A stretch of DNA of 64,000 nt from an uncultured delta proteobacterium (GCA_963845515.1 CAWJSR010000015.1:1-64000), one strand, 5' to 3'; shown: positions 10,179 to 21,195, counted from the stretch's first letter. Numbers and translations: made by a program. Notes: generated from the letters alone by a model not told the origin.

Positions 10179-11282
10179 CTACGCAACGGGGTCGCCGCCG
10201 TCCAGCCCGGCTCCCTGGAAGCGCGCGATCACCGTCGCGATCTCCTCGTTCACCGCCTTCAGCAGATCGGCCTTCTCCCGGAACGGCAGGAACGCGCTCT
10301 TGAACCCCTGGACGATCACGGTGGTGAGGTCGTCGAGCGTGAAGCCGAGCTCCCGGTGGGCGATCATCAGCTCCTTCGTCGCCGTGGTGTCGGTGATGAG
10401 CCTGTTGTCCGTGTTGACCGTCACCCGGAGCCCGAAGTCGAAGTAGAACTTGAGCGGGTGCGACTTCAGGTCGGTCACCGACCGGGTCTGGACGTTGGAG
10501 GACGGGCACATCTCCAGCGGGATCCGGTGGTCGTTGACGTAGTTGAGCAGGTCGCCGTTCTCGCGCAGCCGCACGCCGTGGCCGATCCGGTGCGCGCCGC
10601 AGAGGTGGACGGCCTGTGCGATCGACTCGGGGCCGAAGGCCTCGCCGGCGTGGATCGTGAGGTTGACGTTGTTGTCGAGGATGAGCGCCAGGGCGTCCCG
10701 GTGGTGGCGCGGAGGGTTCCCCTCCTCCGCCCCTGCGAGATCGAACCCCACGACCCCCTTGTTCTTGTAGGCGACCGCCAGCTCGGCCAGCCGGACCGAG
10801 GTCGTCGGGTCCATGTGGCGGATGCCGCAGATGATGACGTTCGACTTGATGCCGGTCTCCCGCTTCGCGGCGCGCAGCCCCTCCAGCACTGCGTCGACGA
10901 TGGAGGTCGCCTTGAGGCCACGCCGCGTGTGGAGCACCGGCGAGTAGCGGACCTCCAGGTAGCGGACGTTCTCCTTGGCGCAGTCGATGGCCAGCTCGTA
11001 GGCCACGCGGCGGAGCGCGTCCTCGGTCTGGAGCACGGCGAGCGTCACGTCGAAGGCGGTGAGGTAGTCCTCCAGCGACTCGCAGTTCTGGCCCGCGTGG
11101 ATCGCCTTCGCGAGCCCCTCGGGGGTGTCCGCCGGGAGCGTCACCCGCTGCTCGCGGGCGAGGTCCAGGATGGTCGCGATCCGGAGCGACCCGTCGAGGT
11201 GGCAGTGAAGGTCGGTCTTGGGAAGGGCGCGGACCAGCGCCTCGGTGACCGGCGGAGGCAGGGAGTTGGCGGTCTCGCTCAT
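10179..11282 (-). CDS. add: Adenosine deaminase
   Basis: LPKTDLHCHLDGS, TIHAGE, RIGHG, CPSSN, VNTDN. Confidence 0.93.
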   Translation of the reverse strand: MSETANSLPPPVTEALVRALPKTDLHCHLDGSLRIATILDLAREQRVTLPADTPEGLAKAIHAGQNCESLEDYLTAFDVTLAVLQTEDALRRVAYELAIDCAKENVRYLEVRYSPVLHTRRGLKATSIVDAVLEGLRAAKRETGIKSNVIICGIRHMDPTTSVRLAELAVAYKNKGVVGFDLAGAEEGNPPRHHRDALALILDNNVNLTIHAGEAFGPESIAQAVHLCGAHRIGHGVRLRENGDLLNYVNDHRIPLEMCPSSNVQTRSVTDLKSHPLKFYFDFGLRVTVNTDNRLITDTTATKELMIAHRELGFTLDDLTTVIVQGFKSAFLPFREKADLLKAVNEEIATVIARFQGAGLDGGDPVA

Positions 11283-11357
11283 CCCTGGATGATACGTCCT
11301 GGGGAGGACGCGCGCCTCCCACCCTCCCGCGGCGCCGCGGAGGGCCCCGACGGAGCG

Positions 11358-13700
11358 CTAGCCGGCGCGCGCCAGGAACCTCGCCACCACGCGCTTCTCG
11401 CCGACGGTGTAGAAGCGGACGGTCGCCTTGGCGTCGCTGCCGCCCGCGTCGCACGCGACCACGATCCCCTCGCCGAACTTGGGATTGGTCACCCGCTCGC
11501 CGGGCCTGAAGGCGGCCGCCGGCGACCCGGCGCGCTGGTCGAAGGAGTAGTCGACGGTCGGCTCGCCGCGGGGCGGGCGCTCCAGCGATCGCGGCGGCGA
11601 GGGCTCGGCCAGCTCGTCCCCGTCCAGCTCGATGTGTGGCTCGCCTGGGAGCGCGCCGGGGTGGCGCCGGATGACCGGGCCGCGCGGCGCGTGGCTCGCC
11701 ACCGGCACGGCCGGGAGGCCGAAGAGCTCGGGGGGGAGGTCGGCGAGGAAGCGTGAGGGCTCCATGTTCCGCCAGGTGGCGCCCCCCTCCCCGTACCCGA
11801 TCCGGCGGCGCGCGAGCGAGAGGGTGAGCCGCTTCTTCGCGCGGGTCATGCCGACGTAGCAGAGCCGCCGCTCCTCGTCGATGTCCGCGGCGCGCTCGCT
11901 GGGCGTCCGCTCCATCCACGGCTTCTCGTGCGGCAGCGTCCCGTCCTCCAGCCCGGCCATGATCACCGCCTCGAACTCGAGTCCCTTGGCCGCGTGGAGC
12001 GTCATGAGCGCCACGCGCCCCTCCGGCGTCTCGGCGTCCGCGTCGCCCAGGAGCGCGATCTGCTCGAGGAAGCGGGCCAGCGGCGGCGGCCGGACCTCCT
12101 CGGGATCCCGCGGCGGCCGCTCCCCGGCGATCGCCTCGTCGAACTCGCGCGCCGCGGCCACGAGCTCGAGCAGGTTCTCCGCCCGGTCGGCCGACTCGTC
12201 GGTCTTCTCGTCGTCGAGCCGCGAGAGGAGGCCGCTGCGCTTCAGCGCCACCTGCACTGCCGGCCCCGCCTCCATCGCAGGGAGCTCGGCCGCGAGCGCC
12301 GCGACGACGCCGTGCAGCTCCCCGAGCGCGCGGCGCGCCGCGGTCTTCAGCTCCGGGATGCTCTCCCTGTCGGCGGCGGCCTCGAAGAGCGTCCTTCCGG
12401 TGGCGGTCGCGTTGGCGCGGAGTCGCTCCATCGTCTTCTCACCGATGCCGCGCGGCGGCCGGTTCACGACCCGCTCGAAGTCGAGGTCCGACTGCGGGTT
12501 GAGGGCGAGGCGCAGCCAGGCGGCCGCGTCCTTCACCTCGGCGCGGTCGTAGAAGCTGGTGCCTCTGACGATGACGTAGGGGATCCGGCGCTCGCGAAGG
12601 GCCGCCTCGACGGCGCGCGACTGGGCGTTGGTCCGGTAGAGGACGGCGATCTCGTCGCCCCGCGTGCCGCGGGCCCGCTCGGCCGCCACGGCGCGCGCTA
12701 TCCGCTCCGCCTCGTCGTGCTCGTCCTGGCCGACGATGAGGGCCAGCGGATCCCCCGCGCCGGCCTCGGTCCAGAGCTTCTTCTCGCGGCGGCGCTCCGC
12801 CCTGGAGATGACCGCGTGGGCGGCGTCGAGGATGGAGCGGGTCGAGCGGTAGTTCCGCTCCAGCTTGACGACCTCGGCCCCCTCGAAGTCGCGGTCGAAG
12901 CCCAGGATGTTGCCGACCTCCGCGCCGCGCCAGCGGTAGATCGCCTGGTCGTCGTCGCCGACGACGCAGACGTTCCGCGCCGGGCCGGCGAGGAGCTTCA
13001 GCAGGCGGTACTGGACCGCGTTGGTGTCCTGGAACTCGTCGACGAGCAGGTGGGAGAAGCGGCGCGACCACTGCAGCCGCAGCGCCTCGTCCTCCTCCAG
13101 GAGCCGCACCGGACGGACGAGCAGGTCACCGAAGTCGGCCGCGCCCGCGCGGGCGAGCGCAGCCTGGTAGCGGACATAGACGTCGCGCGCCGCCCCGCCG
13201 GCCAGGTCCAGCTCACCGGCCCTGACGTCTCCGGGGCCGAGCGCTGCGTTCTTCCACCTGTCGATCCGTGAGAGGGCCTCGCGGGCGGAGAGCGGCGAGC
13301 CGTCCTCGAGCCCCATCTCGGCCATGATCCGCTTCACCAGCCGGAGCTGGTCGTCGTCGTCGTAGATCGCGAACGAGGGCGGCAGCCCCGCCCTGGCCGC
13401 CTCGCGCCGGAGGAAGCGGGCGCCGAAGGCGTGGAAGGTCTGGACCCACAGCTCGTTGGCCTCGGGGCCGAGGAGCGCCTCCAGCCGCTCCTTCATCTCC
13501 CCCGCGGCCTTGTTGGTGAAGGTCACCGCGAGGATGTGCCAAGGCGAGACGCCGCGCTCCCGGACGAGGTGGGCGATCCGGTGGACGATGACGCGGGTCT
13601 TGCCCGAGCCGGCGCCGGCGAGGACGAGGAGCGGCCCGTCGCCGTGCAGCACCGCCGCGCGCTGCTCGGGGTTCAGGTCCTGGAGGAGCGACTCGTCCAT
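11358..13700 (-). CDS. uvrD: ATP-dependent DNA helicase UvrD/PcrA
   Basis: LNPEQ, AGAGSGKT, VDEFQDTN, GDDDQAIY, NYRST, MTLHAAKGLEF, EERRLCYVGMTRA, C-terminal Tudor-like domain. Alternative GTG start at 13712. Confidence 0.95.
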   Translation of the reverse strand: MDESLLQDLNPEQRAAVLHGDGPLLVLAGAGSGKTRVIVHRIAHLVRERGVSPWHILAVTFTNKAAGEMKERLEALLGPEANELWVQTFHAFGARFLRREAARAGLPPSFAIYDDDDQLRLVKRIMAEMGLEDGSPLSAREALSRIDRWKNAALGPGDVRAGELDLAGGAARDVYVRYQAALARAGAADFGDLLVRPVRLLEEDEALRLQWSRRFSHLLVDEFQDTNAVQYRLLKLLAGPARNVCVVGDDDQAIYRWRGAEVGNILGFDRDFEGAEVVKLERNYRSTRSILDAAHAVISRAERRREKKLWTEAGAGDPLALIVGQDEHDEAERIARAVAAERARGTRGDEIAVLYRTNAQSRAVEAALRERRIPYVIVRGTSFYDRAEVKDAAAWLRLALNPQSDLDFERVVNRPPRGIGEKTMERLRANATATGRTLFEAAADRESIPELKTAARRALGELHGVVAALAAELPAMEAGPAVQVALKRSGLLSRLDDEKTDESADRAENLLELVAAAREFDEAIAGERPPRDPEEVRPPPLARFLEQIALLGDADAETPEGRVALMTLHAAKGLEFEAVIMAGLEDGTLPHEKPWMERTPSERAADIDEERRLCYVGMTRAKKRLTLSLARRRIGYGEGGATWRNMEPSRFLADLPPELFGLPAVPVASHAPRGPVIRRHPGALPGEPHIELDGDELAEPSPPRSLERPPRGEPTVDYSFDQRAGSPAAAFRPGERVTNPKFGEGIVVACDAGGSDAKATVRFYTVGEKRVVARFLARAG

Positions 13701-13708
13701 CGGATCGG

Positions 13709-14746
13709 TCACCGCGCGGCCGCGGCGCGGCGCACGTAGCTCCAGCTCCACTCGGTCCGCTCGACGTCCTCGAGCTCGCGCGCCCCCTCCTCCTCGTCGG
13801 CCACGGTCGCGCGCACGGCGCGGCGCCAGACGACGCGGTGGGGGACGAGGGTCTCCGGCTCGGTGACCAGCGTGAGGTCGGTCGCGAGCCCCACCTCCCG
13901 GATGGCCCCGGGCGGAAGCGACCCCTCCACCTCGGACAGCTTCGCGACGATCGCGCGGGTGAGCGCCGCGAGCCCGGCCAGATCGGGCTCCGAGTGGAGG
14001 GTGAGCTCCACGCAGCGTGCGCGCCGCTCCGAGGCCGAGCACGGGACGCGGCGGCGCGCCTCGATCCGGACGCGGCTCTTCACCGCAAGCGTCGGCAGGA
14101 GCCAGACGGACGCCTCTTCTTCCTTCTCCCACGCCCGCCCGAAGTCGAGCTCCGCGCCGATCCAGAAGCCGACCGCCAGGTTCCAGCCGGCGCGCGCCTC
14201 CTCGACCATGCCAGCCTCGACGCGTGCGATCGCCTGCTCGGACTCGTCGTTCGAGAGCCCGGCCGCCTCGTAGATCCGCTGCATGACGGGGCGCAGCGCG
14301 TCCTGGTTCTGGAGTCCGATGAAGGCGCCTTCGGGGTCGACCCGCTGGATCACGGCCTCGGAGGCGCGGATGGCCGAGCGCACCTCGCCGGGCGGGTACG
14401 GGATCTCTCCCTCCCATCGGGTCCCCGAGGTCGCGACCCTGATCTCGTCCCTGAGGCGGGTGGCCTTCTCCGTGTACCTCGCGGTGAAGACCCGTTGGCT
14501 CGAGCCGGTCCGCGCGGCGACGCGCCGGTATACGACGCGTGCCTCGAGCGAGCGCGGCCAGGCAAAGCGGAGCGAGAGCTCGCGCTGGCGCGCGGTGGCG
14601 GCTGGTGGCTCGTCCTGACCCCCCGTGGGGCCGGGTGGCCGGTCGCCGCCCTGCGCGGTGGCCGCGCCCCCCGTGAGCGAGAGGGCGACGAGTGTGGCGA
14701 GTAGGAGGCGGTGCACGTGAGTCGGGCAAGTTACCACGAGGGGCAT
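13709..14746 (-). CDS. Hypothetical exported protein
   Basis: Signal-like segment HRLLLATLVALSLTGGAATA; host-like codon usage; GTGA overlap with uvrD. Start uncertain (14746 or 14716). Confidence 0.6.
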   Translation of the reverse strand: MPLVVTCPTHVHRLLLATLVALSLTGGAATAQGGDRPPGPTGGQDEPPAATARQRELSLRFAWPRSLEARVVYRRVAARTGSSQRVFTARYTEKATRLRDEIRVATSGTRWEGEIPYPPGEVRSAIRASEAVIQRVDPEGAFIGLQNQDALRPVMQRIYEAAGLSNDESEQAIARVEAGMVEEARAGWNLAVGFWIGAELDFGRAWEKEEEASVWLLPTLAVKSRVRIEARRRVPCSASERRARCVELTLHSEPDLAGLAALTRAIVAKLSEVEGSLPPGAIREVGLATDLTLVTEPETLVPHRVVWRRAVRATVADEEEGARELEDVERTEWSWSYVRRAAAAR

Positions 14747-14843
14747 CGAGCCGGTCTTCCCGCCCGCCCCCGGGGGGGGGAGGCGGCACATGCACCCACC
14801 GGGTGGCATGACGGAACCGGCGCGGGGTGCTCTCCTCTCCTCC

Positions 14844-15269
14844 ATGAATGCACGCAGGGTCATCCTCGTGGTGGCGGCGCTCCTCCTCGCCATCCAGGCG
14901 GTTCCGGTCTCCCGCACCAATCCGCCTGTCGAGTCGGACGTCGACGCCCCCCCAGTGGTGAAGGCGCTGCTTCGGCGCGCCTGCTACGACTGCCACTCCC
15001 ACGAGACGGTCTGGCCCCTCTACGCGCGGATCGCGCCGTTGTCGTGGCTCATCTCGCACGACGTCCTCGAAGGGCGCGAGGAGCTCGACTTCTCCCGGTG
15101 GACGGCCCTCGACGACGCTCGCCGCGTCAAGGCCCTGAAGAAGGTGGCCGAGGAGGTGGGCGACGAGGAGATGCCACCGTGGAGCTACCGGCTGGCGCAC
15201 CCCAGGGCGCGGCTCACCGCCTCCGAGCGGAACGTGCTGGTGGAGTGGGGCCGCTCGAACGTGCAGTGA
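14844..15269 (+). CDS. Haem-binding domain monoheme cytochrome c
   Basis: Signal/anchor, RRACYDCHSHETVWPLY (CxxCH), EMPPWSY distal Met. Confidence 0.85.
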   Translation: MNARRVILVVAALLLAIQAVPVSRTNPPVESDVDAPPVVKALLRRACYDCHSHETVWPLYARIAPLSWLISHDVLEGREELDFSRWTALDDARRVKALKKVAEEVGDEEMPPWSYRLAHPRARLTASERNVLVEWGRSNVQ

Positions 15270-15344
15270 GCGCGCCCATGGCCCTTCCTGCTCCCGGCCG
15301 CAACTGACGACGAGCCGATCGCCCGGACGGGTTAGAGTGGCGCC

Positions 15345-17000
15345 GTGGCGCCACCTGTACGCATCGTCGCCCTCGGGGGGCTCGGCGAAGTCGGAATGAA
15401 CTGCACCGTCCTCGAGTGCGAGGGGCGGCTGGCGGTCATCGACTGCGGCATCCTCTTCCCCAATGAGCCGATCGGCGTGGACCTGATCGCGCCTGACATC
15501 GGCTGGCTCGCCGACCGGCGCGAGCAGGTCGGGGCGATCTTCCTGACCCACGGCCACGAGGACCACGTCGGCGCGCTCGCGCTGCTCCTCGCGGAGGTGA
15601 AGGCCCCCGTCTACGGCACCCGCTTCACCCTCGCGATGGTCCGGCGACGGCTCGAGGAGGCCGGGATAGCCGCCGACCTGCGCAAGGTGGTGCCCGGCGA
15701 CGTGCGGGATGCGGGAGACGGCTCCCCGTTCGTCGCCGAGTGGATCGCGGTCACCCACTCCATCCCCGACGCCTGCGCCGTCGCCATCTCCACCCCCCAG
15801 GGGACGATCCTCCACTCGGGCGACTTCAAGCTCGACGCTCGGCCGGTCGCGGGTCCGTCCACGGACCTCACACGGCTCGGGGCGCTCGGACGGCAGGGCG
15901 TCCGCCTCCTCCTCTCCGACTCGACCAACGCGGAGAAGCGCGGCCGCTCCCGCTCCGAGTCGGACGTGCGCCCGGCGCTGGAGGAGGCCTTCGCGACGAC
16001 CGACGGGCGGGTCGTCGTCGCCTGCTTCGCCTCCAACATCCACCGGATCCAGCAGATCGTCGACGTCGCCCGCGCCGAGGGTCGCCGCGTCGCGCTCGTC
16101 GGCCGCTCGATGGAGGTGAACGGCGGCATCGCCCGCGAGTTCGGGATGCTGGCGCTCGCGCCCTGGCAGCCAGTGGGCTTGCAGGAGGCGCGCGACCTGC
16201 CGCCCCGCGAGCTCTGCGTCATCACCACGGGCACGCAAGGGGAGCCGCGGTCGGCGCTCGCGCGCCTCTCCCGCGGCGAGCACCCGGACCTCAGGATCGG
16301 CCCCGGCGACCTCGTCATCCTCTCCTCCCGCTCGATCCCCGGGAACGAGATCGCGACCGGCCAGGTGGTGAACGATCTCCTTCGGCTTGGCGTCGAGGTG
16401 CTCTACGACGGCGCGCGCGTCCACGCGAGCGGTCACGCCCACGAGGACGAGCTGCGCGAGCTGATCGGGCTGGTCCGGCCCGACGAGTTCGTTCCCATCC
16501 ACGGCGAGTACCGGCAGCTACACCGCCACGCCGCCCACGCCGCGGCGGAGGGGCTCCCGTCCGACCGGGTTCACCTCCTGCAGAACGGCCGGGTGCTGGA
16601 GCTCTTCGACGGCGGGGCGCGCGTGCTGCCAGAGCCCGTCCCCACGGGGCGCGTCTACGTCGACCGCGACAGCCTCGGCGCGGGCGAGGTCGGGGCGCTC
16701 GTGGTAAGGGATCGCCGGCTCCTGGCTGAGGCAGGGCTCGTCATCGCCGTCCTCGCCGTGGAGAAGGCCTCCGGAGCTGCCGTTCGTGGCCCGGAGCTCT
16801 TCGCGGTCGGGGTGGCGGGCTTCGAGGGAGCCGAGGCGCAGGTCCGGGGCGAGGCGCTCCGCGCCTTCGAGGAGCTGACGCCGGCGGCGCGGGGGGCGAC
16901 GGAGGAGGCGCAGGAGGCCCTCCGCTCCGCCATCCGGCGATGGTTCCGCCGTGAGACCGGGAAGCGCCCGACGGTGCTCCCCATCGTGCTGGAGCTGTGA
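15345..17000 (+). CDS. rnj: Ribonuclease J
   Basis: ALGGLGEVGMN, THGHEDHVG, HSIPD, SGDFK, SDSTNA, TGTQGEP, HASGH, PIHGEY. Confidence 0.96.
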   Translation: MAPPVRIVALGGLGEVGMNCTVLECEGRLAVIDCGILFPNEPIGVDLIAPDIGWLADRREQVGAIFLTHGHEDHVGALALLLAEVKAPVYGTRFTLAMVRRRLEEAGIAADLRKVVPGDVRDAGDGSPFVAEWIAVTHSIPDACAVAISTPQGTILHSGDFKLDARPVAGPSTDLTRLGALGRQGVRLLLSDSTNAEKRGRSRSESDVRPALEEAFATTDGRVVVACFASNIHRIQQIVDVARAEGRRVALVGRSMEVNGGIAREFGMLALAPWQPVGLQEARDLPPRELCVITTGTQGEPRSALARLSRGEHPDLRIGPGDLVILSSRSIPGNEIATGQVVNDLLRLGVEVLYDGARVHASGHAHEDELRELIGLVRPDEFVPIHGEYRQLHRHAAHAAAEGLPSDRVHLLQNGRVLELFDGGARVLPEPVPTGRVYVDRDSLGAGEVGALVVRDRRLLAEAGLVIAVLAVEKASGAAVRGPELFAVGVAGFEGAEAQVRGEALRAFEELTPAARGATEEAQEALRSAIRRWFRRETGKRPTVLPIVLEL

Positions 17001-17018
17001 TCCAGGAGGAGTGACGGA

Positions 17019-17507
17019 ATGCCGAGCTTCGACGTCGTGAGCGAGCTGAACATGAACGAGGTCGAGAACGCCTTCAACCAGGCGCGCAAGGAGCTGCTGC
17101 AGCGCTTCGACTTCAAGGGGACGAGCACCGACGTCGAGCGGGACAAGGACCTGAACTTCGTCATCAAGGCCAACTCGGAGGGGCGGGCAGAGGCCGCCCT
17201 CGGGGTCCTGATGGAGAAGCTGGCGAAGCGCAGCGTGCCGCTCGAAGGGCTCGATCCTCAGCCGGTCGCGCCCGCCGCGGGGGGCCATGTCCGCCAGCTC
17301 GTGAAGCTGAAGCGCGGGCTGAAGCAGGACGACGCCAAGAAGATCGTGGCGCTCCTGAAGGCGTCAGGCCTGAAGCTGCAGGCGGCGATCCAGGGCGAGG
17401 CGGTCCGCGTCACCGGCAAGCAGCGGGACGAGCTGCAGGCCGGCATGCAGGCCATCCGGGAGGGGAAGCTGGGCGTCCCGCTCCTCTTCCAGAACTTCCG
17501 GGAGTGA
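17019..17507 (+). CDS. yajQ: YajQ-family nucleotide (c-di-GMP)-binding protein
   Basis: MPSFDVVSE...RFDFKG...QAAIQGEAVRVTGKQRDELQ...FQNFRE. Confidence 0.96.
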   Translation: MPSFDVVSELNMNEVENAFNQARKELLQRFDFKGTSTDVERDKDLNFVIKANSEGRAEAALGVLMEKLAKRSVPLEGLDPQPVAPAAGGHVRQLVKLKRGLKQDDAKKIVALLKASGLKLQAAIQGEAVRVTGKQRDELQAGMQAIREGKLGVPLLFQNFRE

Positions 17508-17650
17508 GTCGGGTGGTCGTCGCGCGATCCACCCAAGGCCGCACCCCCCGTCCGACTTGCCGCAGCGTCAAGCTCCCTTAACGTTCAGTTGACACTGCAC
17601 TCCCCGTGTGAAACGTTCCGCCGTCTCACATTTCACTCTGGGAGGCAGGA

Positions 17651-20360
17651 ATGGGTTCCACGCTCCGTCTCATGCTTGCTTGCTCCGTCGCCCTCGGCGC
17701 CACCGTGGCGCAAGGCCAGGCCGAGCTTCAGTGGGCCGTCCGGTACGACGAGTTCACCAACCTCATCGGCAACGCGTCGCAGGTGCTGGTCGAGCCCACC
17801 GGCAGGACCACGATCGTGGGCAGGTACGCGGACAACCTGCTCGTGGCGCGCTTCTCGCCCGAAGGCAACCTGCTCGTGAGCCACGAGATCCCCGGCCGTA
17901 GCTGCGGGATGTGGGAGCGGGAGGGGCGCTGCGCCGCTCTGGACGGCAACGGCAACGTCTTCGTCGCCGACGCTTCGGGCTACGTCATGAAGTTCACGCC
18001 CGAGGGGGTCCTGGAGTGGGACCTCCCGGTCGCCCAGGACGCGGGGGTGAGCTCCGCGCTCTCGATCGCGGCGGTGGACGCTGCCGGGAACGTGTATCTC
18101 GTCGGCACGACCTCCGGCGCCGCCGGGCTCGATGGTCTCGCACTCAAGTACTCGGCGGCAGGGACGATGCAGTGGGCGTCCCCGTGGAGCAGCGAGGGGG
18201 ACGATCTGCCCAGCACCGCGCTCCTGGACGCCGACGGCGACCTCGTGGTGGCAAGCTCGGCATCGGGCGCGCTGGACCTGCTGGAGCTCGACGGCACCAC
18301 CGGCGCGACTATCCGTCGCCTCCAGAAGCCCGAGCTGGGGCCGCCCGTCGCGCTCCAGATCGCTCCGTCCGGCGACATGTACCTCGTTGGGACCGTCTCC
18401 CAGACGTACGAGATGTACGTCGTTCGCCTCGACGCGGCCGGCGCGCAGCTCTGGGCCGCGTTCCAGCCCGGCGCGTCTCCGTCGGCCCTACGGGTCGACT
18501 CCGGCGGGAACGTCTACGTCGGCGGGTCTGCCAACTACGACTCGACGTTCGGTCGCTACATGCTCCGGAAGCTCGCGCCGACGGGGGCGCTTCGAATGGG
18601 AGCAGCTTTACTACCAGTACGGCGACTCGCGGATCATCGCGATGGTGCTCCACGGTGACGCGCCGATCGTGACGGGCGAGTTCGGGTACTACAACGACGT
18701 CATCCGCACCATGGAGCACTCCCCCTCCGGAAGGGCAACGTGGGATGCGTCGTATCGCGGCACCTACACAGGGTACGGGAGCGTGAACTACGGCACGTCG
18801 CTCGGCATGGACGCCGCGGGCAACGTCTACGTGTCGGGCTACACGCTGAACCAGTCCGACCTTGGCTATCCGTACAAGCCGACGCTGATCAAGTACGCGC
18901 TGGCGACCGACGGCGACGGCGACGGGTCCTACGTCGGCTACGGTGAGTGCAACGACGCCGACCCGCTCATCAGCCTGGACGCCGGCGAGGTGCCGTACAA
19001 CGGGATCGACGAGAACTGCAACGGGATGTGGGACGACGACGACCTCGACCGCGACGGCCATCTCAGCGCGAACGACTGCAACGATGGCGTCGCCTCCATC
19101 CACCCCGGTGCGCTCGAGTACAACTACGACGGCATCGACCAGGACTGCGACGGCGTGGACGGCACCATCGACGGGACGTTGGTGACCATCCCGCAGGAGA
19201 GCGTGAACATCGGCGTGGAGCAGTGCAACGAGGCCTCCGCCGGTGGGACGGTCAGCGCGTTCCCGGTCTGGGAGGGCGAGCAGGGCGTCGACCTGAACGG
19301 CGACAACGACACGTCGGACAACGTCCTCGGCTACTACGACTTCGAGAGGGACCACTTCGTCAACATCGGCGTCGAAGCAAGCATGGCCGTGACGGACGGA
19401 GCGATCATCGTGTTCAACCAGTGGTATTCCGGCACGCTCTCCTATTACCGGATCGCCGACGGCACCATCCATGACTCCGGCGTCGAAGGCTCCCTGGAGC
19501 GCATCAGGTCGGTCAGCGGGGGCAGGTTCGCGTACACCGATCGGAGCGCGGACCTCGACGGCGACGGACTCTATGACCCGCGCCCCTGCGTCTACGACAC
19601 GAACCTCGGAGCCGGGGCCTGCGCAGCCTCGATTGGAAGCCGGCCGACCCTCAGCGGGCACCAGGTCGCCTTCGAGGCCCAGTACGGGACGATCGCCCTC
19701 TACGACTTCTCCACCGGCATCGTCGACGACACCGGCGTCCTCGGCTCGTCACCGATCATCGACGGCGACTACGTCGCGTTCGCCGGGTCCCCCGGAATCG
19801 CCTACTACCGGATCTCCACCGGAGCCGTGCGGCAGACGACCTACCCGATCTCCCGGATGTTCAGCATCAGCGACGGCCGCATCTCCTTCCTCGCCGACGA
19901 GGGGGCGTACTGGGGGGACCTCACGGGCGACGGGGACCGTGACGACTACGAGATCGTCGTTTACTACGACATCCTCAACGACACCGTCGTCAACACCGGC
20001 GTCGTGGGCTGCTGCGGTCCGGACATCTCGCGCGGCGTCATCGTCTATGACATCTACGAGGACAAGGACGACATCGACCTCAACGGCGACGGTGACATCT
20101 CGGACTGCGTTCAGCAGTACCTTCGCATCAACACGCTGGTCGTCACCGACGCGCAGTTCGCCGACTCCAAGCTCACTGTCACGGCCCGCAGCCCACTCGG
20201 CGCCGGGGCCAACCTCGTCCTCGAGGGCTACGGTCCAATGACGTGGTGGGCGTCGAAGGGCGTCTGGGAGGTAAAGGTGTCGGGCCTGGGCACGGCGCCC
20301 GTGAGCGTCTTCGTCTCCGGCATTGAGGGGCGCGTCATGGCGACGGTGAGCGCTCCGTAG
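17651..20360 (+). CDS. Large secreted protein: beta-propeller (SBBP-like) repeats, two MopE-like metal-binding repeats, DxDGDG Ca-binding loops (frameshift near 18591)
   Basis: GGAGG RBS and signal peptide; repeated xDxxGNV[FY][VL] motifs; ECNDADP...NGIDENCNG and DCNDG...DGIDQDCDG. ORFs 17651-18658 and 18132-20360 join at TGA-L/EWEQ (protein). Confidence 0.75.
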
Positions 20361-20388
20361 CAGCCGGCGCTCAGCCAGCGAGACAACA

Positions 20389-20423
20389 GATGGGGCGCGG
20401 GGCTCTTGGCTCCGCGCCCCATC
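20389..20423. terminator. GC-rich hairpin between convergent genes
   Basis: GATGGGGCGCGG...CCGCGCCCCATC, 12-bp perfect stem; no U-tract. Confidence 0.55.
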
Positions 20424-20477
20424 GCGTCTTCGGAGAGGCGGGATCCGTCGACGAGGGGCAGGAGTTCGTCGAGCCGC

Positions 20478-20726
20478 TCAGGCCGACGCGTCCGACCGGC
20501 GACGCCGCTCGATCTCGCGCTCCAGCGCGGCGAGCCGCAGGTCCAGCGGATCGATGCCGTCGCGCTCGCGCCGCGCCGCGGCCGGCTTCCCCAGCAGGTG
20601 CGCCTCGCCGGGGATCCGGCCCGGGGCCACGGTCGCCGCCAGCTCACCGGCGCCTTCCGAGAAGGCCGCGAAGAGCTTCCTGAAGTCGCCGTCCTTCAAC
20701 GCCGCGCTGCCGTCACGCCAGGTCAT
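20478..20726 (-). CDS. Small hypothetical protein, paralog 3 (lacks the membrane segment)
   Basis: GAGGA RBS; shares GAGELAATxAPGxxPGEAHLxGK and LxxLExEI with the two upstream genes. Confidence 0.75.
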   Translation of the reverse strand: MTWRDGSAALKDGDFRKLFAAFSEGAGELAATVAPGRIPGEAHLLGKPAAARRERDGIDPLDLRLAALEREIERRRRSDASA

Positions 20727-20737
20727 GGTGTCCTCGC

Positions 20738-21148
20738 CTACTTCCGCTTCTCGTCGATTTCCTTCGCCAGCTTCTCGAGCTCCGGGGACGGCTTCGCCTC
20801 GCCCTTCTTCTCCTCACCGGGCTTCCCGGCGAAGTGGGCCGCGCCCGGCGCCCAGCCCGGGGTCACGTTGGCCGCGAGATCCTCGGCGCCGGTCTTCACG
20901 CCGCCCAGGACCCGCCTGACGAGCGAGTTGCCGATCAGCACGAAGCCGATGACCGGCAGGAACACCAGGAAGAGCGCCCCCATGATCGGGACGACGACGA
21001 AGAGGAGGGGGAAGGGGATCCGGGCGAAGTGAGCCCGCTCGGAGCCGGGGAGCACGCCGCCCTCGGCGGTCACCGCGTGCAGCTCCCAGGTCCTCGGATT
21101 CCAGTAGTAACCGCTGCCGACCTTCATTCCGCCGACGTAACGGGCCAT
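20738..21148 (-). CDS. Small hypothetical membrane protein, paralog 2
   Basis: AAGGAGG RBS; VGSGYYWNP, hydrophobic PIMGALFLVFLPVIGFVL, GAEDLAANVTPGWAPGAAHFAGK, EIDEKRK. Confidence 0.8.
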   Translation of the reverse strand: MARYVGGMKVGSGYYWNPRTWELHAVTAEGGVLPGSERAHFARIPFPLLFVVVPIMGALFLVFLPVIGFVLIGNSLVRRVLGGVKTGAEDLAANVTPGWAPGAAHFAGKPGEEKKGEAKPSPELEKLAKEIDEKRK

Positions 21149-21195
21149 GGCTTCCTCCTTCTTCCTTCCTTCCGCGTTCCCCACCTTCGGCTCGA

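Noticed and set aside
8679..11756. 1025-aa plus-strand ORF
   Set aside because: Only the first ~250 aa are WHy-like; the rest is the antisense shadow of ogt, add and uvrD, caused by the missing stop.
11358..16502. 1714-aa giant helicase ORF
   Set aside because: UvrD homology starts at 13700; the upstream part is antisense to rnj and the cytochrome and off-frame to the 13709 gene.
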